Below, piece by piece: positions 40,601 through 51,604 of a stretch of 64,000 nucleotides of DNA. Origin of the DNA: Dehalococcoidia bacterium (GTDB lineage Bacteria > Chloroflexota > Dehalococcoidia > Lucifugimonadales > UBA6952). The notes under the pieces were generated by a model that made no database searches, was not told the DNA's origin, and saw only the letters and a program-made list of their open reading frames with translations. Made by a program: the position numbers and the translations under genes. Each line of letters starts with the position of its first letter. Within the stretch, counting starts at the first letter, position 1. Where the stretch lies: positions 1,361 to 65,360 of the forward strand of contig JAKUQA010000007.1 in assembly GCA_022450525.1 (NCBI GenBank), given 5' to 3'.

Positions 40601-41431
40601 ATGAAAAATCAACTTCTAAAACGACGTTTGGGTAGAACTAATTTACAGGTTACTGAACTCGGTTTTGGTGCCATGGATACCCCTCAAGTTCCAGAAGGTA
40701 AGGATGCATTACTTTCAGCAATAAATCTAGGTGTCAATTTTATTGATACTGCTCGTATCTATGACGGTAGTGAATTTTTGATAGGCCAAATACTTCCTTC
40801 TTTTAATAGAGACGATTTAATAATTGCCTCTAAAACAATTAATAGAACTCGGGATGGAGCACAACATGATGTTGATAGAAGCTTAAGTTTAATGAATTTA
40901 AATCGGATAGATTTGTATCAACTAGATGATGTCGCAATGGAAGATTGGGATTTAATTTTACAAGAGAATGGTGCTTTAGAAGGATTAAAAATTGCTAAAT
41001 ATCGTGGTTTGATAAATCATATAGGTATTTCTTCTCATGATTTATCTCTCATTGATATTGCAATAGAATCAAAGCTTTTTGATACGGTAATGATAGAATA
41101 CTCTGCATTTTACTCTGAAACATATAATTTAACTAAGAAAGCATATCAAAATGACATTGGTGTAATTGCTATGCGTCCACTCGGTGGTTCAGGAAGAATG
41201 ACGAGCCTTCGTACAGTTATGGAGAGGAATTCGTTATCGGATAACATTACCCCATCTAATTTATTAGAATTTGTTTTATCTAATTCTAATATTGCAGTAT
41301 CGATAGTAGGCACTAGGTACCCTGATAGAGTAAAATCTAATGTAGAAACTGTTTTGCATTATAAACACTTAAATAACAGTGAAAAAGAAAAATGTAAGCA
41401 AGCTGCTGGTAAATTATTTGAGCTTTTGTAA
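40601..41431 (+). CDS. Aldo/keto reductase
   Basis: RRLGRTNLQVTELGFGAM, FIDTARIY, and GISSH are AKR hallmarks. ATG 40601 lies right after the E2 stop. The track start 40568 overlaps E2. Confidence 0.75.
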   Translation: MKNQLLKRRLGRTNLQVTELGFGAMDTPQVPEGKDALLSAINLGVNFIDTARIYDGSEFLIGQILPSFNRDDLIIASKTINRTRDGAQHDVDRSLSLMNLNRIDLYQLDDVAMEDWDLILQENGALEGLKIAKYRGLINHIGISSHDLSLIDIAIESKLFDTVMIEYSAFYSETYNLTKKAYQNDIGVIAMRPLGGSGRMTSLRTVMERNSLSDNITPSNLLEFVLSNSNIAVSIVGTRYPDRVKSNVETVLHYKHLNNSEKEKCKQAAGKLFELL

Positions 41432-41445
41432 TTAAAGGAGATTTG

Positions 41446-42108
41446 ATGCAGGTTAGATTAGTAAGTTACTCCCAGCCAACTGAAGACTTTAGTAAAGATG
41501 GAGTAGATAATGCCCAAGAGTTAATTGCTTATTGTGCAAAAGTTTCAAACCCTTCAAATCAGATAAATAAAGAAACAAGTGAAAGATTAATTCGATATTT
41601 AATCAAGAACGCTCATTGGTCGCCTTTGGAAATGGTGAACGCGTGTTTAGAAGTAGAAACTACTCGTGATATTGCTAGACAAATGTTGCGACATAGAAGT
41701 TTTAGTTTTCAGGAATTTAGTCAAAGATACGCCAATCCTACTAAAGACTTAGATTTTATTTTACGAGAAGCGCGTCTCCAAGATCCAAAAAACAGACAAA
41801 ACTCTATAGAAGTTAATGACCTTGATCTACAATCAAAATGGAATCAATTACAAAATGATGTTATTGATAAGGCTAAAACTGCCTACAAATGGGCAGTTGA
41901 AAACGGTATAGCAAAAGAGCAAGCACGAGTTGTTTTACCAGAGGGTAACACAGTTAGTCGTTTATATATAAATGGCACATTAAGAAGTTGGATCCACTAC
42001 ATAGACTTAAGAAGCGCCCATGGAACCCAAAAGGAACATATTGAAATTGCTAAGGCTTGCGCAGAAGTGATTGCACAGATTTTTCCTATGGCAAAAGACA
42101 TAAATTAA
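41446..42108 (+). CDS. thyX: FAD-dependent thymidylate synthase
   Basis: The ThyX motif RHRSFSFQEFSQRY is present. An AAGGAG RBS lies upstream of ATG 41446. Confidence 0.92.
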   Translation: MQVRLVSYSQPTEDFSKDGVDNAQELIAYCAKVSNPSNQINKETSERLIRYLIKNAHWSPLEMVNACLEVETTRDIARQMLRHRSFSFQEFSQRYANPTKDLDFILREARLQDPKNRQNSIEVNDLDLQSKWNQLQNDVIDKAKTAYKWAVENGIAKEQARVVLPEGNTVSRLYINGTLRSWIHYIDLRSAHGTQKEHIEIAKACAEVIAQIFPMAKDIN

Positions 42109-42262
42109 ATTTAATAATCAGAGCAGTCTCTGGTGTATCCACAGTTCTGACATTTTATTTTACAATGTATTGCGAGCATTGAAGACTTACATATATCACA
42201 AATATATTGTCTGATATTTGAATTGGTGGTAACTATATTAGCTTCTTTAGAATTTGTGTTTT

Positions 42263-42694
42263 TTATCCCCATTTTTTACCCACTTCAGATGGTTGTTTGA
42301 GCTCATGAGTTATAACTCGATCAATTAAACGACCATCTTCGTCTACTGAAACTGCTTCTGTCACGATATAAGTTTTTCCACGTTTTTTGTATTTATCTGC
42401 TATCCATGATTTAACAGTTAATTTTTTTCCCGGAATAGGAGGGTTATAACAATAAAACGAGCATCTGGCATTTACTGAACCATTATCTTCATATTTCTTG
42501 TTATATTGCTTTGTGTCGACTTTTTGAGCAACAGTAGGGAACGCAGCATCTGTATCCATAACACCTTTTCTGAATTGAGTGAGCATATCATTGGTATAGA
42601 TATATTCCCATGTATCAAATGTTTCTCCTATTTCAAGCTTGTCCCAATCGAGCAAAATTTTGTTATTATCTTCAGAAACTTTATTTAATGCCAT
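42263..42694 (-). CDS. Hypothetical protein, possibly hotdog-fold
   Basis: 143 aa. The single-domain size and pattern (GKKLTVKSWIADKYKKRGKTYIVTEAVSVDEDGRLI) are reminiscent of MaoC-like hotdog proteins. This is weak. Confidence 0.4.
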   Translation of the reverse strand: MALNKVSEDNNKILLDWDKLEIGETFDTWEYIYTNDMLTQFRKGVMDTDAAFPTVAQKVDTKQYNKKYEDNGSVNARCSFYCYNPPIPGKKLTVKSWIADKYKKRGKTYIVTEAVSVDEDGRLIDRVITHELKQPSEVGKKWG

Positions 42695-42820
42695 ATTAAT
42701 TCCTCCTGAATATAAATTTTAAACTTTATAATCTTGATGATATATAGTTTGAATTTGGATAACTATCAATGGTATCTTTATATTGGTATAATAATACATA
42801 ATGTAAAATGATGGTGCAAT

Positions 42821-44005
42821 TTGGATATAGTATTTAAAGCAATAATAAATGAAACAAAGCAAAAAAATGATTTTGCTGTAGCTACAGTTGTTAAAACTAA
42901 AGGTTCTACACCACAGAAAACTGGATCCAAACTTCTTATCAAAAAAGACGGATCATCCGTGGGTACTTTAGGCGGTGGTTGTGTCGAAGGTGATATTTGG
43001 TTTGCTGCTACCGAAATTTTAAAATCAAAAGGAAATTCTGAATATAAAGAGTATTTTTTGAATGAAGATATTGCTGCTAGAGATGGCTTAGTCTGTGGTG
43101 GAACAATGTACTTTCTTATTGAGCCTTTTTATCAGGATAATTTATTTAATTCATTTGCTACTAATGTCGTAGAAGCATACAACGGGAAAAACTCTGTAGG
43201 TTTAGCTACACTTATCGATAAGCAAAATTCAACTCCTGAGCAAAAGATATACTTTGATTCAGCTGGTAACCCATCTAGCTCATTTAATAATAAAGATATA
43301 GATAAAGTAGTACAAAATACAATTTTAGATTTAATTCCATATGGGAAGTCTAAAATGATTGATATCGATGAAAATATATCAATATACATTGAAACTTATG
43401 CTAGTCACCCAACTTTAATATTAATAGGTGGAGGTCATATTTCTAAATCTTTAGCTCCTTTAGCTCATTCTATTGGATTTAAAAGCATTATTATTGATGA
43501 TCGTGAAGACTTTGCAAATCCTGAAAGATTTCCTGAAGCCGAATACACAATTGTTTCAGATTACAAAAATGCATTCAAATTAAATGAATTTGAGGTAAAT
43601 AAGAACTCTATGATTGTCATTGCTACCAGAGGTCATAATTTTGATGATATTGCACTAGAGTCAGCTATAAACACTAATGCTGGTTACATTGGATTAGTAG
43701 GTTCAGAAAGAAAAGCAATTATGATATTTGAACAATTGCTCTCCAGAGGAATTGATATAGCAAAATTAAAGACTATAAATACTCCAATTGGTTTAGATAT
43801 CAAAGCTGCAACTCCTGAAGAAATTGCTGTTAGTATAATAGCAGAACTGATTCAATATAGACTGGGTGGTAAAGGTGGTAGTCTGAAGATTAAAGATCAA
43901 AAAATTGATAGTATTTATAACAAACTACAAAAGAAAGCTAAAATTCCAAAAAACATTGATGGAGATCAAAGTGTTCTTCATCCAATAAGAGGATCATCTC
44001 GATAA
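42821..44005 (+). CDS. XdhC/CoxI-family molybdoenzyme maturation factor
   Basis: 394 aa. N-terminal XdhC_CoxI pattern (FAVATVVKTKGSTPQKTGSKLLI...LGGGCVEGD) plus a Rossmann-like C-domain (LILIGGGHIS). TTG start. Confidence 0.7.
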   Translation: MDIVFKAIINETKQKNDFAVATVVKTKGSTPQKTGSKLLIKKDGSSVGTLGGGCVEGDIWFAATEILKSKGNSEYKEYFLNEDIAARDGLVCGGTMYFLIEPFYQDNLFNSFATNVVEAYNGKNSVGLATLIDKQNSTPEQKIYFDSAGNPSSSFNNKDIDKVVQNTILDLIPYGKSKMIDIDENISIYIETYASHPTLILIGGGHISKSLAPLAHSIGFKSIIIDDREDFANPERFPEAEYTIVSDYKNAFKLNEFEVNKNSMIVIATRGHNFDDIALESAINTNAGYIGLVGSERKAIMIFEQLLSRGIDIAKLKTINTPIGLDIKAATPEEIAVSIIAELIQYRLGGKGGSLKIKDQKIDSIYNKLQKKAKIPKNIDGDQSVLHPIRGSSR

Positions 44006-44023
44006 TAATATAGAAGGTAATTT

Positions 44024-44629
44024 ATGGTTTACCAAAATGTAGGAGCTATTCTTACCTGTGCTGGTTTATCTACTAGAATGAATGAAAATAAAGCATTTAT
44101 AAACTGGAACGGTCTCCCTTTAATTGAACAACAAATAAACTTATTAATAAATTCTGGCCTTAATCAAATAGCAGTTGTTGTAGGGTATGAACAAGATAGA
44201 TTCCAATATATTAAGGATAAATATTCTTTAGTAACTTTAATAGAGAATAAAGATTATAAATCTGGTCGAGCATCATCTATTAAAACAGGTCTTTCAGTTT
44301 TACATTCATCAACTGACAATGTTTTGGTTCTTGGCGTAGATCAACCCAGAACCAGGTATATTGTTCAAACCGTAATAGAAAGGCACATTTCTTCTAATTC
44401 GCTAATTTCATATCCGGTACATCATGATAAAGGGGGCCACCCAATTATCTTTAATAAAGCAACTTATAACGATATAAATGATATAGATGAAGAATCAAAC
44501 GGTTTACGTTATGTAACCAAGAAATATAATGAATATATAAATAAGATTGATTTAGACGATGAAAAGGTTTTGTTAGATCTTAATACTAAAACTAATTATT
44601 TAGAGGCGTTAGAAAACTTTAATAACTAA
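44024..44629 (+). CDS. MobA/MocA-like nucleotidyltransferase (molybdenum cofactor nucleotidylation)
   Basis: 201 aa. GAILTCAGLSTRMNENKA and LGVDQP motifs, adjacent to XdhC. Confidence 0.65.
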   Translation: MVYQNVGAILTCAGLSTRMNENKAFINWNGLPLIEQQINLLINSGLNQIAVVVGYEQDRFQYIKDKYSLVTLIENKDYKSGRASSIKTGLSVLHSSTDNVLVLGVDQPRTRYIVQTVIERHISSNSLISYPVHHDKGGHPIIFNKATYNDINDIDEESNGLRYVTKKYNEYINKIDLDDEKVLLDLNTKTNYLEALENFNN

Positions 44630-44633
44630 TAAT

Positions 44634-45476
44634 TTACAATTTAGCGCGTTCTTCTTCGGTAGCGATTTTAAATATTGTCCAATGACGTAACTGAGCGATA
44701 TCGCTTCCACTACTGTCTTGTAAAAGAACATCGAAATTAACAAAATGGTGAGCTTTTCTTTCATAAATATCGAGTATATGCGCTCCGCCGATTACTGTAG
44801 TGCCTTCAGGTACAGATTGTCTATGTTGTACCCGACTTTTTGTATGCATTGAAGTTGGAATATCAAAATTGTGCCTCATAAGTTGTTCAGCCCAGCCGGC
44901 AATCCATGAAGGGTGGGCAATTTTTGATTCTCCTATAAATAGAGGGTTTGTTGTTATTTGTTTTACCGTAGTAAATTCAGACGCAAGTTCATTATCAAAA
45001 GTAACTTGCATAGCATTCCAATCTGTATGTTTTGGAGTTTCATCTAAAGAAAGAGAGGGTTTTGTTTTAATCTCTGATTTGGGAGTCATTGATGTGGGCT
45101 TTATGAATTCTTTTTCCCAAGGAGCATTCCCGACACCAACTTCCCCGGTAACACAGACCACATTAAACTCATTAATCATTTCTATTGTCCAATTATTAGT
45201 TGAATTATTTTGAGTTGCTTGGATAGATAATTTGTCTCCAGGAAATGTAGGTTGTCGAAATGAGTATTCAGCCCATCCACTATCTAACCATTTTTCGCCC
45301 AATGCTTGTAATATAGTCTCTGTTGCCCATCCCCATACTGTCACTCCACCTACAAGTGGGCCTTTAAAACCGTATGCTTGTGCAACTTCTGTAGAATGAA
45401 TAGGGTTAGAAATATCAGGGCTATCTTCATGCCCTAAATATGCAATTATCGAGTTTTTTATTGTTGGGTTTTTCAT
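44634..45476 (-). CDS. Double-hotdog (MaoC-like) protein
   Basis: About 280 aa. The N-half YGFKGPLVGGVTVWGW...FRQPTFPGDKL and a second hotdog-like half. Start moved to ATG 45476 (MKNPT..) to avoid overlap with sufU. Confidence 0.5.
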   Translation of the reverse strand: MKNPTIKNSIIAYLGHEDSPDISNPIHSTEVAQAYGFKGPLVGGVTVWGWATETILQALGEKWLDSGWAEYSFRQPTFPGDKLSIQATQNNSTNNWTIEMINEFNVVCVTGEVGVGNAPWEKEFIKPTSMTPKSEIKTKPSLSLDETPKHTDWNAMQVTFDNELASEFTTVKQITTNPLFIGESKIAHPSWIAGWAEQLMRHNFDIPTSMHTKSRVQHRQSVPEGTTVIGGAHILDIYERKAHHFVNFDVLLQDSSGSDIAQLRHWTIFKIATEEERAKL

Positions 45477-45489
45477 AAATAAATAATTA

Positions 45490-45915
45490 TCAGGAGAGGC
45501 TATCTTCAAGTGTAGACCATGAAAGTAGTGAACACTTAATTCTTACTGGAAAATTTCTAACACCTTCAAGTATTTCTAGATCTTGTAATAATTCTAGGTT
45601 ACTTTGCTCACCTTGCATCATTTTCCTGAATTCTTCACGAATTGCTAAGGCTTCTTGGATTGATTTTCCTTTGATGGACTCAGTCATTAATGATGCAGTT
45701 GCTTGACTAATTGCGCATCCATGACCTTGAAAACCAACTTCTTGAATTACTTGATTGTTATCCACATTAAGTTGTAAGTTAACTTCGTCACCGCAAAAAG
45801 GATTATATCCCCGAGCTTTGTGTAATGGTTCAATAATTTCGGATGAATTACGTGGATTTTTATAATGGTCTAGTATAACCTCTTTGTATAGATCGTTTAA
45901 TTCGTTTGGTAACAT
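45490..45915 (-). CDS. sufU: Fe-S cluster assembly sulfur-transfer/scaffold protein SufU
   Basis: 141 aa. LYKEVILDHYKNPRN, NPFCGD, GCAIS, and C-terminal Cys context. Confidence 0.85.
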   Translation of the reverse strand: MLPNELNDLYKEVILDHYKNPRNSSEIIEPLHKARGYNPFCGDEVNLQLNVDNNQVIQEVGFQGHGCAISQATASLMTESIKGKSIQEALAIREEFRKMMQGEQSNLELLQDLEILEGVRNFPVRIKCSLLSWSTLEDSLS

Positions 45916-45936
45916 TTGCTTATCTAAGTTTATATA

Positions 45937-47160
45937 TTATTTAAAATAATTAATAACATCATTCATACCATCGACCAATTTATCTATGTCATTATAATCA
46001 TTATATAGATAAAAGCTAGCTCGAGATGTTGCCGATAACCCTAGTTTTTTATGATATGGCATACCACAATGATGACCTGTTCTAATTGCTATGCCTCTTT
46101 GATCTAGTATAGTCCCGATGTCGTGTGGATGAATATCATTCATACTAAATGTAGCTACACCACCACGCATTTCTGGATTTGTAGGTCCAATAATTTCTAG
46201 ACCAGGTATTTCTGTAAGCCGATCTAAGGCATACTTTATTAAATCTTTTTCATGTTGTCTTACGTTTTCCATACCAATGTTAGATAAATAATCAATTGCT
46301 ACACCTAAACCTATAGGGTCAATAAAATTTGGTGTTCCAGCTTCAAATTTGGTTGGAATATCATTCCATGTAGCGCTGCTATAAGTAACTTCTTTTACCA
46401 TTTCGCCACCTCGGAGAAATGGCTCTAATTTTTCAAGAATTTCAGTTTTTCCATACAATATACCTATACCTGGTGGAGCCAGCATTTTATGCCCTGAAAA
46501 TGCTAAGAAATCACAATCAATTTGCTGTACATCGACTGGCATGTGGGGAACACTCTGTGCGGCATCAATGCACACTTTAGCCCCAACAGATTTAGCTTTT
46601 TTAATGATTTCATCAATTGGATTAATTGTTCCAGTAAGATTTGAAACATGTACAATTGAAACTATTTTTGTGCTCTCGGTTATTAATTTATCTATTGAAG
46701 AAAGGTCTAAAGTTCCTTCTGGTGTTGTTGGAATTATTCTGAGTTCACAATTTGTTTTTTGTGAAACAAATTGCCATGGGACAAGATTACTATGGTGTTC
46801 TAGTTCTGTTACAACGATATTTTCTGTAGAGTCAATATTGTTTAATCCCCAAGCATATGCTACAAGGTTTAATGCTTCTGTAGTGTTTCTTACATACACT
46901 ATTTCATCATTAGATTTAGCATTAATAAATTTAGCAACTTTTTCTCTGGCTAGTTCATATCTCTCAGTAGCTTCCATACTTGTTGTATGTACGCCTCTGT
47001 GGACATTTGAATTATATAATTCATAACTTTCCACTATTGATTGGATAACTTGGTTGGGTTTTTGTGTTGAAGCAGCATTATCTAGATATACTAATGGAGT
47101 ATTATTGATTTGTTTTTTTAATATCGGAAAATCTTTTTTTATACTATTTATATCCATCAT
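45937..47160 (-). CDS. sufS: Cysteine desulfurase (group II)
   Basis: PLP Lys in FSGHKM and the active-site loop RTGHHCGMP. The ATG at 47160 (MMDINSIKKDFPIL) lies 1 nt after the sufD stop. The track's longer ORF overlaps sufD. Confidence 0.92.
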   Translation of the reverse strand: MMDINSIKKDFPILKKQINNTPLVYLDNAASTQKPNQVIQSIVESYELYNSNVHRGVHTTSMEATERYELAREKVAKFINAKSNDEIVYVRNTTEALNLVAYAWGLNNIDSTENIVVTELEHHSNLVPWQFVSQKTNCELRIIPTTPEGTLDLSSIDKLITESTKIVSIVHVSNLTGTINPIDEIIKKAKSVGAKVCIDAAQSVPHMPVDVQQIDCDFLAFSGHKMLAPPGIGILYGKTEILEKLEPFLRGGEMVKEVTYSSATWNDIPTKFEAGTPNFIDPIGLGVAIDYLSNIGMENVRQHEKDLIKYALDRLTEIPGLEIIGPTNPEMRGGVATFSMNDIHPHDIGTILDQRGIAIRTGHHCGMPYHKKLGLSATSRASFYLYNDYNDIDKLVDGMNDVINYFK

Positions 47161-47161
47161 T

Positions 47162-48499
47162 TTACAACCAATTATCGAGTCTGTTTTCAATTTGTTTTTC
47201 AATATAATTTTTATTATTTGTATCACTTTCGATTCTACCCAAAACATCTCCTACAAATCCTCGTACTAAAAGTTGTTTGGCTACAGTACTACTAATCCCT
47301 CTACTTGTTAAGTAGAAAAGGCTTTCTTCATCAATTTGGCCACAAGCTGCCCCATGTTTACACATGACATCATCACAATAAATCCAAAAAGCAGGCTTTG
47401 TGTATGCTTCAGCTTCACTTGAAAGCAATAAATTTTTATCTTCTTGAGCAGCATCTACTTTAATAGACTTTTCCCTTACAATTATACTTCCATGAAAAAC
47501 TGATTGTGCATTTCCGTTAAGTATTCCTTTGTAAGTTTGGTCTGAATATGAATAGGGGCTTTTATGGTCCACAATTACCTGATTATCAACGTGTTGGTTT
47601 GTGTTTGGCAAGTACAGTCCAAGTAAATTTGCAGTTGATTCTTCTCCTAATAATTCTACATTCAAATTGTTCCGAACAATTTGTCCTCCAAAGTCTAGAT
47701 AAAACGAGTTAAAAGTAGAGTTTTGTTCTAAGATTGCCACGGTGTTATTGATATTATTAGTATCCTTACTATAGTTTTGAAATCTTGAGTAATTTAATTT
47801 TGAAGATTTAGATAGTACAAATCTGGTTGTTGTATTGATTAAATTTGATGAAGATTCTGAACCCAAACAATATTCTTCTAAATTTATATAACTACCTTCA
47901 TCGATCACAACTAATATTAGAGGGGAAATAACAAAATGATTCTTTTGCGAATCATTATATTCAATATTAATTATTTGAATTGGTTTACTTGGATTTGTGT
48001 TTTTAGGTAGGTAAATAAACACACCATCTTCAAAAAGCGCAGTGTTGAAATTCATAAATGGGTCTTCTGCATTTGATAAATTTTCTAAATGAGGGGTTAT
48101 CAATGAAGAATGTAAATCTAAAGAGTTTTTTAAAGAGTCAATAATTATTGAGTCATTAGAAGTTTGAGAAAGGCTTTGTTGAAATACGCCATTTATAAAT
48201 ACTAGATAGTTATCAGATTTATAAGAAGGGAGTTCTGAAGAAATACTTTCCAAATTATTTGGTGTTTTGAAACTGTTCTCAAAAAGTTTATATTCATTTT
48301 GCAGTATTTTATTGACGTCTGTATATTTCCAATCTTCATTCCCTTTTCGGTGAGTAGGAAATCCAGAATCCATTAAATTGTCAAATGCCTTTTTTTTAGC
48401 TGACAATATTAACTGCGATGTTGTTTTATCAATATTCGAAACAACATCGTTGTATACTGTAATATATGGTTTGGTATTTGGAATTTCTTGTATCGACAT
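47162..48499 (-). CDS. sufD: Fe-S cluster assembly protein SufD
   Basis: 445 aa. SufB/SufD beta-helix family C-terminal pattern, positioned between sufC and sufS. Confidence 0.85.
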   Translation of the reverse strand: MSIQEIPNTKPYITVYNDVVSNIDKTTSQLILSAKKKAFDNLMDSGFPTHRKGNEDWKYTDVNKILQNEYKLFENSFKTPNNLESISSELPSYKSDNYLVFINGVFQQSLSQTSNDSIIIDSLKNSLDLHSSLITPHLENLSNAEDPFMNFNTALFEDGVFIYLPKNTNPSKPIQIINIEYNDSQKNHFVISPLILVVIDEGSYINLEEYCLGSESSSNLINTTTRFVLSKSSKLNYSRFQNYSKDTNNINNTVAILEQNSTFNSFYLDFGGQIVRNNLNVELLGEESTANLLGLYLPNTNQHVDNQVIVDHKSPYSYSDQTYKGILNGNAQSVFHGSIIVREKSIKVDAAQEDKNLLLSSEAEAYTKPAFWIYCDDVMCKHGAACGQIDEESLFYLTSRGISSTVAKQLLVRGFVGDVLGRIESDTNNKNYIEKQIENRLDNWL

Positions 48500-48505
48500 G
48501 AGCTA

Positions 48506-49243
48506 TTAATTAAATATTTCGTACCCTTTCTCTTCTACTTGAAGAGCGAGAGTTTTATCACCAGATTGAATGATTTTGCCATCCATAAAAATATGTACAT
48601 AATCAGGAATTACATAATTTAGTATACGTTGGTAGTGAGTAATGATGACTGTTGATTTAGATTCAGATCGTAATTTATTTATACCGTCAGCAACTGATCT
48701 AACAGCATCAATATCTAAACCTGAATCAGGTTCGTCAAGTATCATTAATTTAGGATCGAGAACAGCCATTTGAAGTATTTCATTTTTCTTTCTCTCACCA
48801 CCAGAAAATCCATGATTTACAAATCTTTGTATCAAATCAGAATCAACATTGAGTTCTTCGGATTTACTTTTTAATAGTCGATTAAATTTTAAAACATCTA
48901 ATTCTTCGTTGTTATTTTGTTTTTGAATTGAATTATATGCAGATCTCATAAATTGATCCATACGCACTCCGGCGATTTCCAAAGGGTGCTGAAAGGATAA
49001 AAATATGCCTAATTGAGCTCGTGTTTCTGGTAACATTTCAATGATACTTTGATCTTCAAAAAGAATATCTCCAGAATCAACTATATAATTAGGCTTTCCC
49101 GCCAATGTATATGATAGTGTGCTTTTGCCAGAACCATTAGGTCCCATGATGGCGTGAACTTCGCCAGGTTTAATACTTAAGTTAACACCATTTAAAATAG
49201 TTTTACCACTAACGGTGGAATATAGATCCTTAACTTCTAACAT
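48506..49243 (-). CDS. sufC: Fe-S cluster assembly ATPase SufC
   Basis: 245 aa. GPNGSGKST, FSGGERKKNEILQ, LDEPDSGLD. Confidence 0.93.
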   Translation of the reverse strand: MLEVKDLYSTVSGKTILNGVNLSIKPGEVHAIMGPNGSGKSTLSYTLAGKPNYIVDSGDILFEDQSIIEMLPETRAQLGIFLSFQHPLEIAGVRMDQFMRSAYNSIQKQNNNEELDVLKFNRLLKSKSEELNVDSDLIQRFVNHGFSGGERKKNEILQMAVLDPKLMILDEPDSGLDIDAVRSVADGINKLRSESKSTVIITHYQRILNYVIPDYVHIFMDGKIIQSGDKTLALQVEEKGYEIFN

Positions 49244-49244
49244 A

Positions 49245-50738
49245 TTATCCGACTGCCCCTTCTAGATTTGCTTCTAATAATCTTGTTGCTTCAACTGCAA
49301 ACTCTAGTGGCAATTGAGTAAATACTTCTTTACAGAACCCATTTATAATCAGGGAGTGGGCATCTTCAGAAGATATACCTCTTTGATTACAGTAAAAAAG
49401 TTGATCCTCACTAACCTTTGATGTGAAGGCTTCATGCTCTAGATGTGAAGTATTATTTTTTACCTCGACATATGGCGCAGTGTGAGCTGCACACTGATCA
49501 CCGATTAATAAGGAATCACATTGGGTAAAATTCCATGCGTTTTCAGCTTTTGGGTTAATTCGAACAAGCCCACGATAAGTTCCAACGCCTTTATCAGCAG
49601 AAATTGTCTTAGAGATAATTGTACTTCTAGTATTATTACCTAAATGTATCATCTTAGTGCCAGTATCAGCTTGTTGATGTCCTTTTGTTAAAGCAACTGA
49701 ATAAAATTCTCCAACTGAATTATCCCCTTGTAAAATTACACTTGGATATTTCCATGTAATAGCTGAACCAGTCTCAACTTGTGTCCAAGAAATTTTTGAA
49801 TTATCTCCTATGCATCTTCCTCGTTTGGTTACAAAATTATATATCCCACCTTTACCATTTTCATCCCCGGGATACCAGTTTTGTATAGTTGAATACTTTA
49901 TTTCGGCATTGTTCAATGTGACCAATTCAACTACAGCAGCGTGAAGTTGATTTGTATCAAACATGGGGGCACTACACCCTTCGAGGTAACTGACATAGCT
50001 GTCATCTTCCGCAATTATTAAAGTTCTTTCAAATTGACCAGTTTCCTGAGTGTTTATCCTGAAATATGTTGTCAATTCAAATGGGCAACGCACACCTTTG
50101 GGTATATAGCAAAAGGATCCCTCGGAAAAAACAGCAGAATTTAAAGCAGAATAGAAATTATCAGAGTAAGGTACAACTGAGCCCATGTATTTTTGAACAA
50201 GATCAGGATATTTTTGAACTGCCTCTGATAAGGGGCAAAATACTACCCCATATTTGGATAACTCTTCTTTAAAAGTAGTAGCTATTGAAACACTGTCAAA
50301 AATGGCATCTACAGCCACACCTGCCAATTTCTTTTGTTCTGCAATGGGTATACCTAGTTTTTCATAAGTAGCTAGTAGTTCTGGATCGACTTCATCTAAA
50401 CTTTGTAATTCTTTTTTCGGTTTTGGTTCAGAATAATAATACATATCCTGAAAATCTATAGGATCATGATTTATATTTGCCCATTCTGGAATATTTTCAT
50501 TTTCAACAAGTTGAAGGAAATGATTGTATGCTTTGAGTCGCCATTCTAATAACCAATCTGGTTCATTTTTTTTATTTGAAATAAATCTGATTATGTCTTC
50601 ATTCAGCCCTTTTGGGGCAGTTTCAGATTCTATATCTGTGACGAATCCATACTGATAACTTTTTGCTATTGAATCTTTTACTTCTACATTTGTTCCATCA
50701 TCGAATTCGCTTTCGCTTATAGAGTTTTTGGTTGTCAT
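49245..50738 (-). CDS. sufB: Fe-S cluster assembly scaffold SufB
   Basis: 497 aa. Highly conserved SufB core ([44 protein letters not shown]). Confidence 0.93.
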   Translation of the reverse strand: MTTKNSISESEFDDGTNVEVKDSIAKSYQYGFVTDIESETAPKGLNEDIIRFISNKKNEPDWLLEWRLKAYNHFLQLVENENIPEWANINHDPIDFQDMYYYSEPKPKKELQSLDEVDPELLATYEKLGIPIAEQKKLAGVAVDAIFDSVSIATTFKEELSKYGVVFCPLSEAVQKYPDLVQKYMGSVVPYSDNFYSALNSAVFSEGSFCYIPKGVRCPFELTTYFRINTQETGQFERTLIIAEDDSYVSYLEGCSAPMFDTNQLHAAVVELVTLNNAEIKYSTIQNWYPGDENGKGGIYNFVTKRGRCIGDNSKISWTQVETGSAITWKYPSVILQGDNSVGEFYSVALTKGHQQADTGTKMIHLGNNTRSTIISKTISADKGVGTYRGLVRINPKAENAWNFTQCDSLLIGDQCAAHTAPYVEVKNNTSHLEHEAFTSKVSEDQLFYCNQRGISSEDAHSLIINGFCKEVFTQLPLEFAVEATRLLEANLEGAVG

Positions 50739-50934
50739 TTGATTCCTTTTATTAATCTGTTTGTTTTCATGTCTATTAATTAGTTAGCAATATTTATCTA
50801 ATTATGCATTGTATTTGTAATATAGACATTGACCAGTAGACAATAAAGCTATTATGCTACCGTGTGTATATAATCATACCACAATATATGACTGAGTTGA
50901 AGTATCCTGTTGTATGCGAGAAAGGTAAAAATTA

Positions 50935-51597
50935 ATGAATTTAGATTTGCATTGCCACTCTGTATCTTCTGATGATTCTAGAGCAACTGTTGAGCAATAT
51001 CTTAAATGGATTGTATCGTTAAGAAAAAAAGGCTATATAGTTGATGGCATTGTTTTAACTGAGCATAGAAAATTTGATATTGATTTAGATTATACAGAAT
51101 TGAGTGATAAATATGACGTCTTAGTACTTAAGGGGTCCGAACTTGATACCAGACATGGCCATTTTCTAGTTTATGGCGTGACAAAACAAATGCTAAATAA
51201 AATAGATTTTGGAAATGTCAAAATGGATTCGATTGAATTAATGAAAATTGCAAAAGAATCGGGAGCTATAGCTTTTCCAGCACACCCTGGTAGATTTGGT
51301 ATTGGTTTTTGTGAGTATTCTGATAGTGATCTTGATTTTGCTCAAGTAAGTATTGTAGAACATTTAAATGGAAGCTATCGATCTGGTGAATTAGAAAGAA
51401 CAGAAAAATTAATATCTGACAAAGGATATGCAGGAACAGGCGGTAGTGACGCTCATTTTGTTAGCGCTATAGCTACATGCTTGACTGAATTTAGGACGAG
51501 TATTCATAATGAACAAGATTTAGTATCGGCTTTAAATCAAAAAACATTTAGAGCTATTACACTGGAAGAAACAAGAAAACCCGATGATGTGAATTGA
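50935..51597 (+). CDS. PHP-domain metal-dependent phosphoesterase (paralog)
   Basis: 220 aa. LDLHCHSVSSDDS, AHPGR, GGSDAH. Confidence 0.7.
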   Translation: MNLDLHCHSVSSDDSRATVEQYLKWIVSLRKKGYIVDGIVLTEHRKFDIDLDYTELSDKYDVLVLKGSELDTRHGHFLVYGVTKQMLNKIDFGNVKMDSIELMKIAKESGAIAFPAHPGRFGIGFCEYSDSDLDFAQVSIVEHLNGSYRSGELERTEKLISDKGYAGTGGSDAHFVSAIATCLTEFRTSIHNEQDLVSALNQKTFRAITLEETRKPDDVN

Positions 51598-51604
51598 GGT
51601 AAAT

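Noticed and set aside
47161-47247. N-terminal extensions implied by the ORF-track starts (sufS 47247, translin 19246, AKR 40568, rsmA 30874, SBP 56817, hotdog 45509, oppD 25823, AP-family 34575)
   Set aside because: The extensions overlap the upstream gene or an RNA gene and lack an RBS. Internal ATG/GTG codons preceded by GGAGG-like sites give N-termini that fit the protein families.
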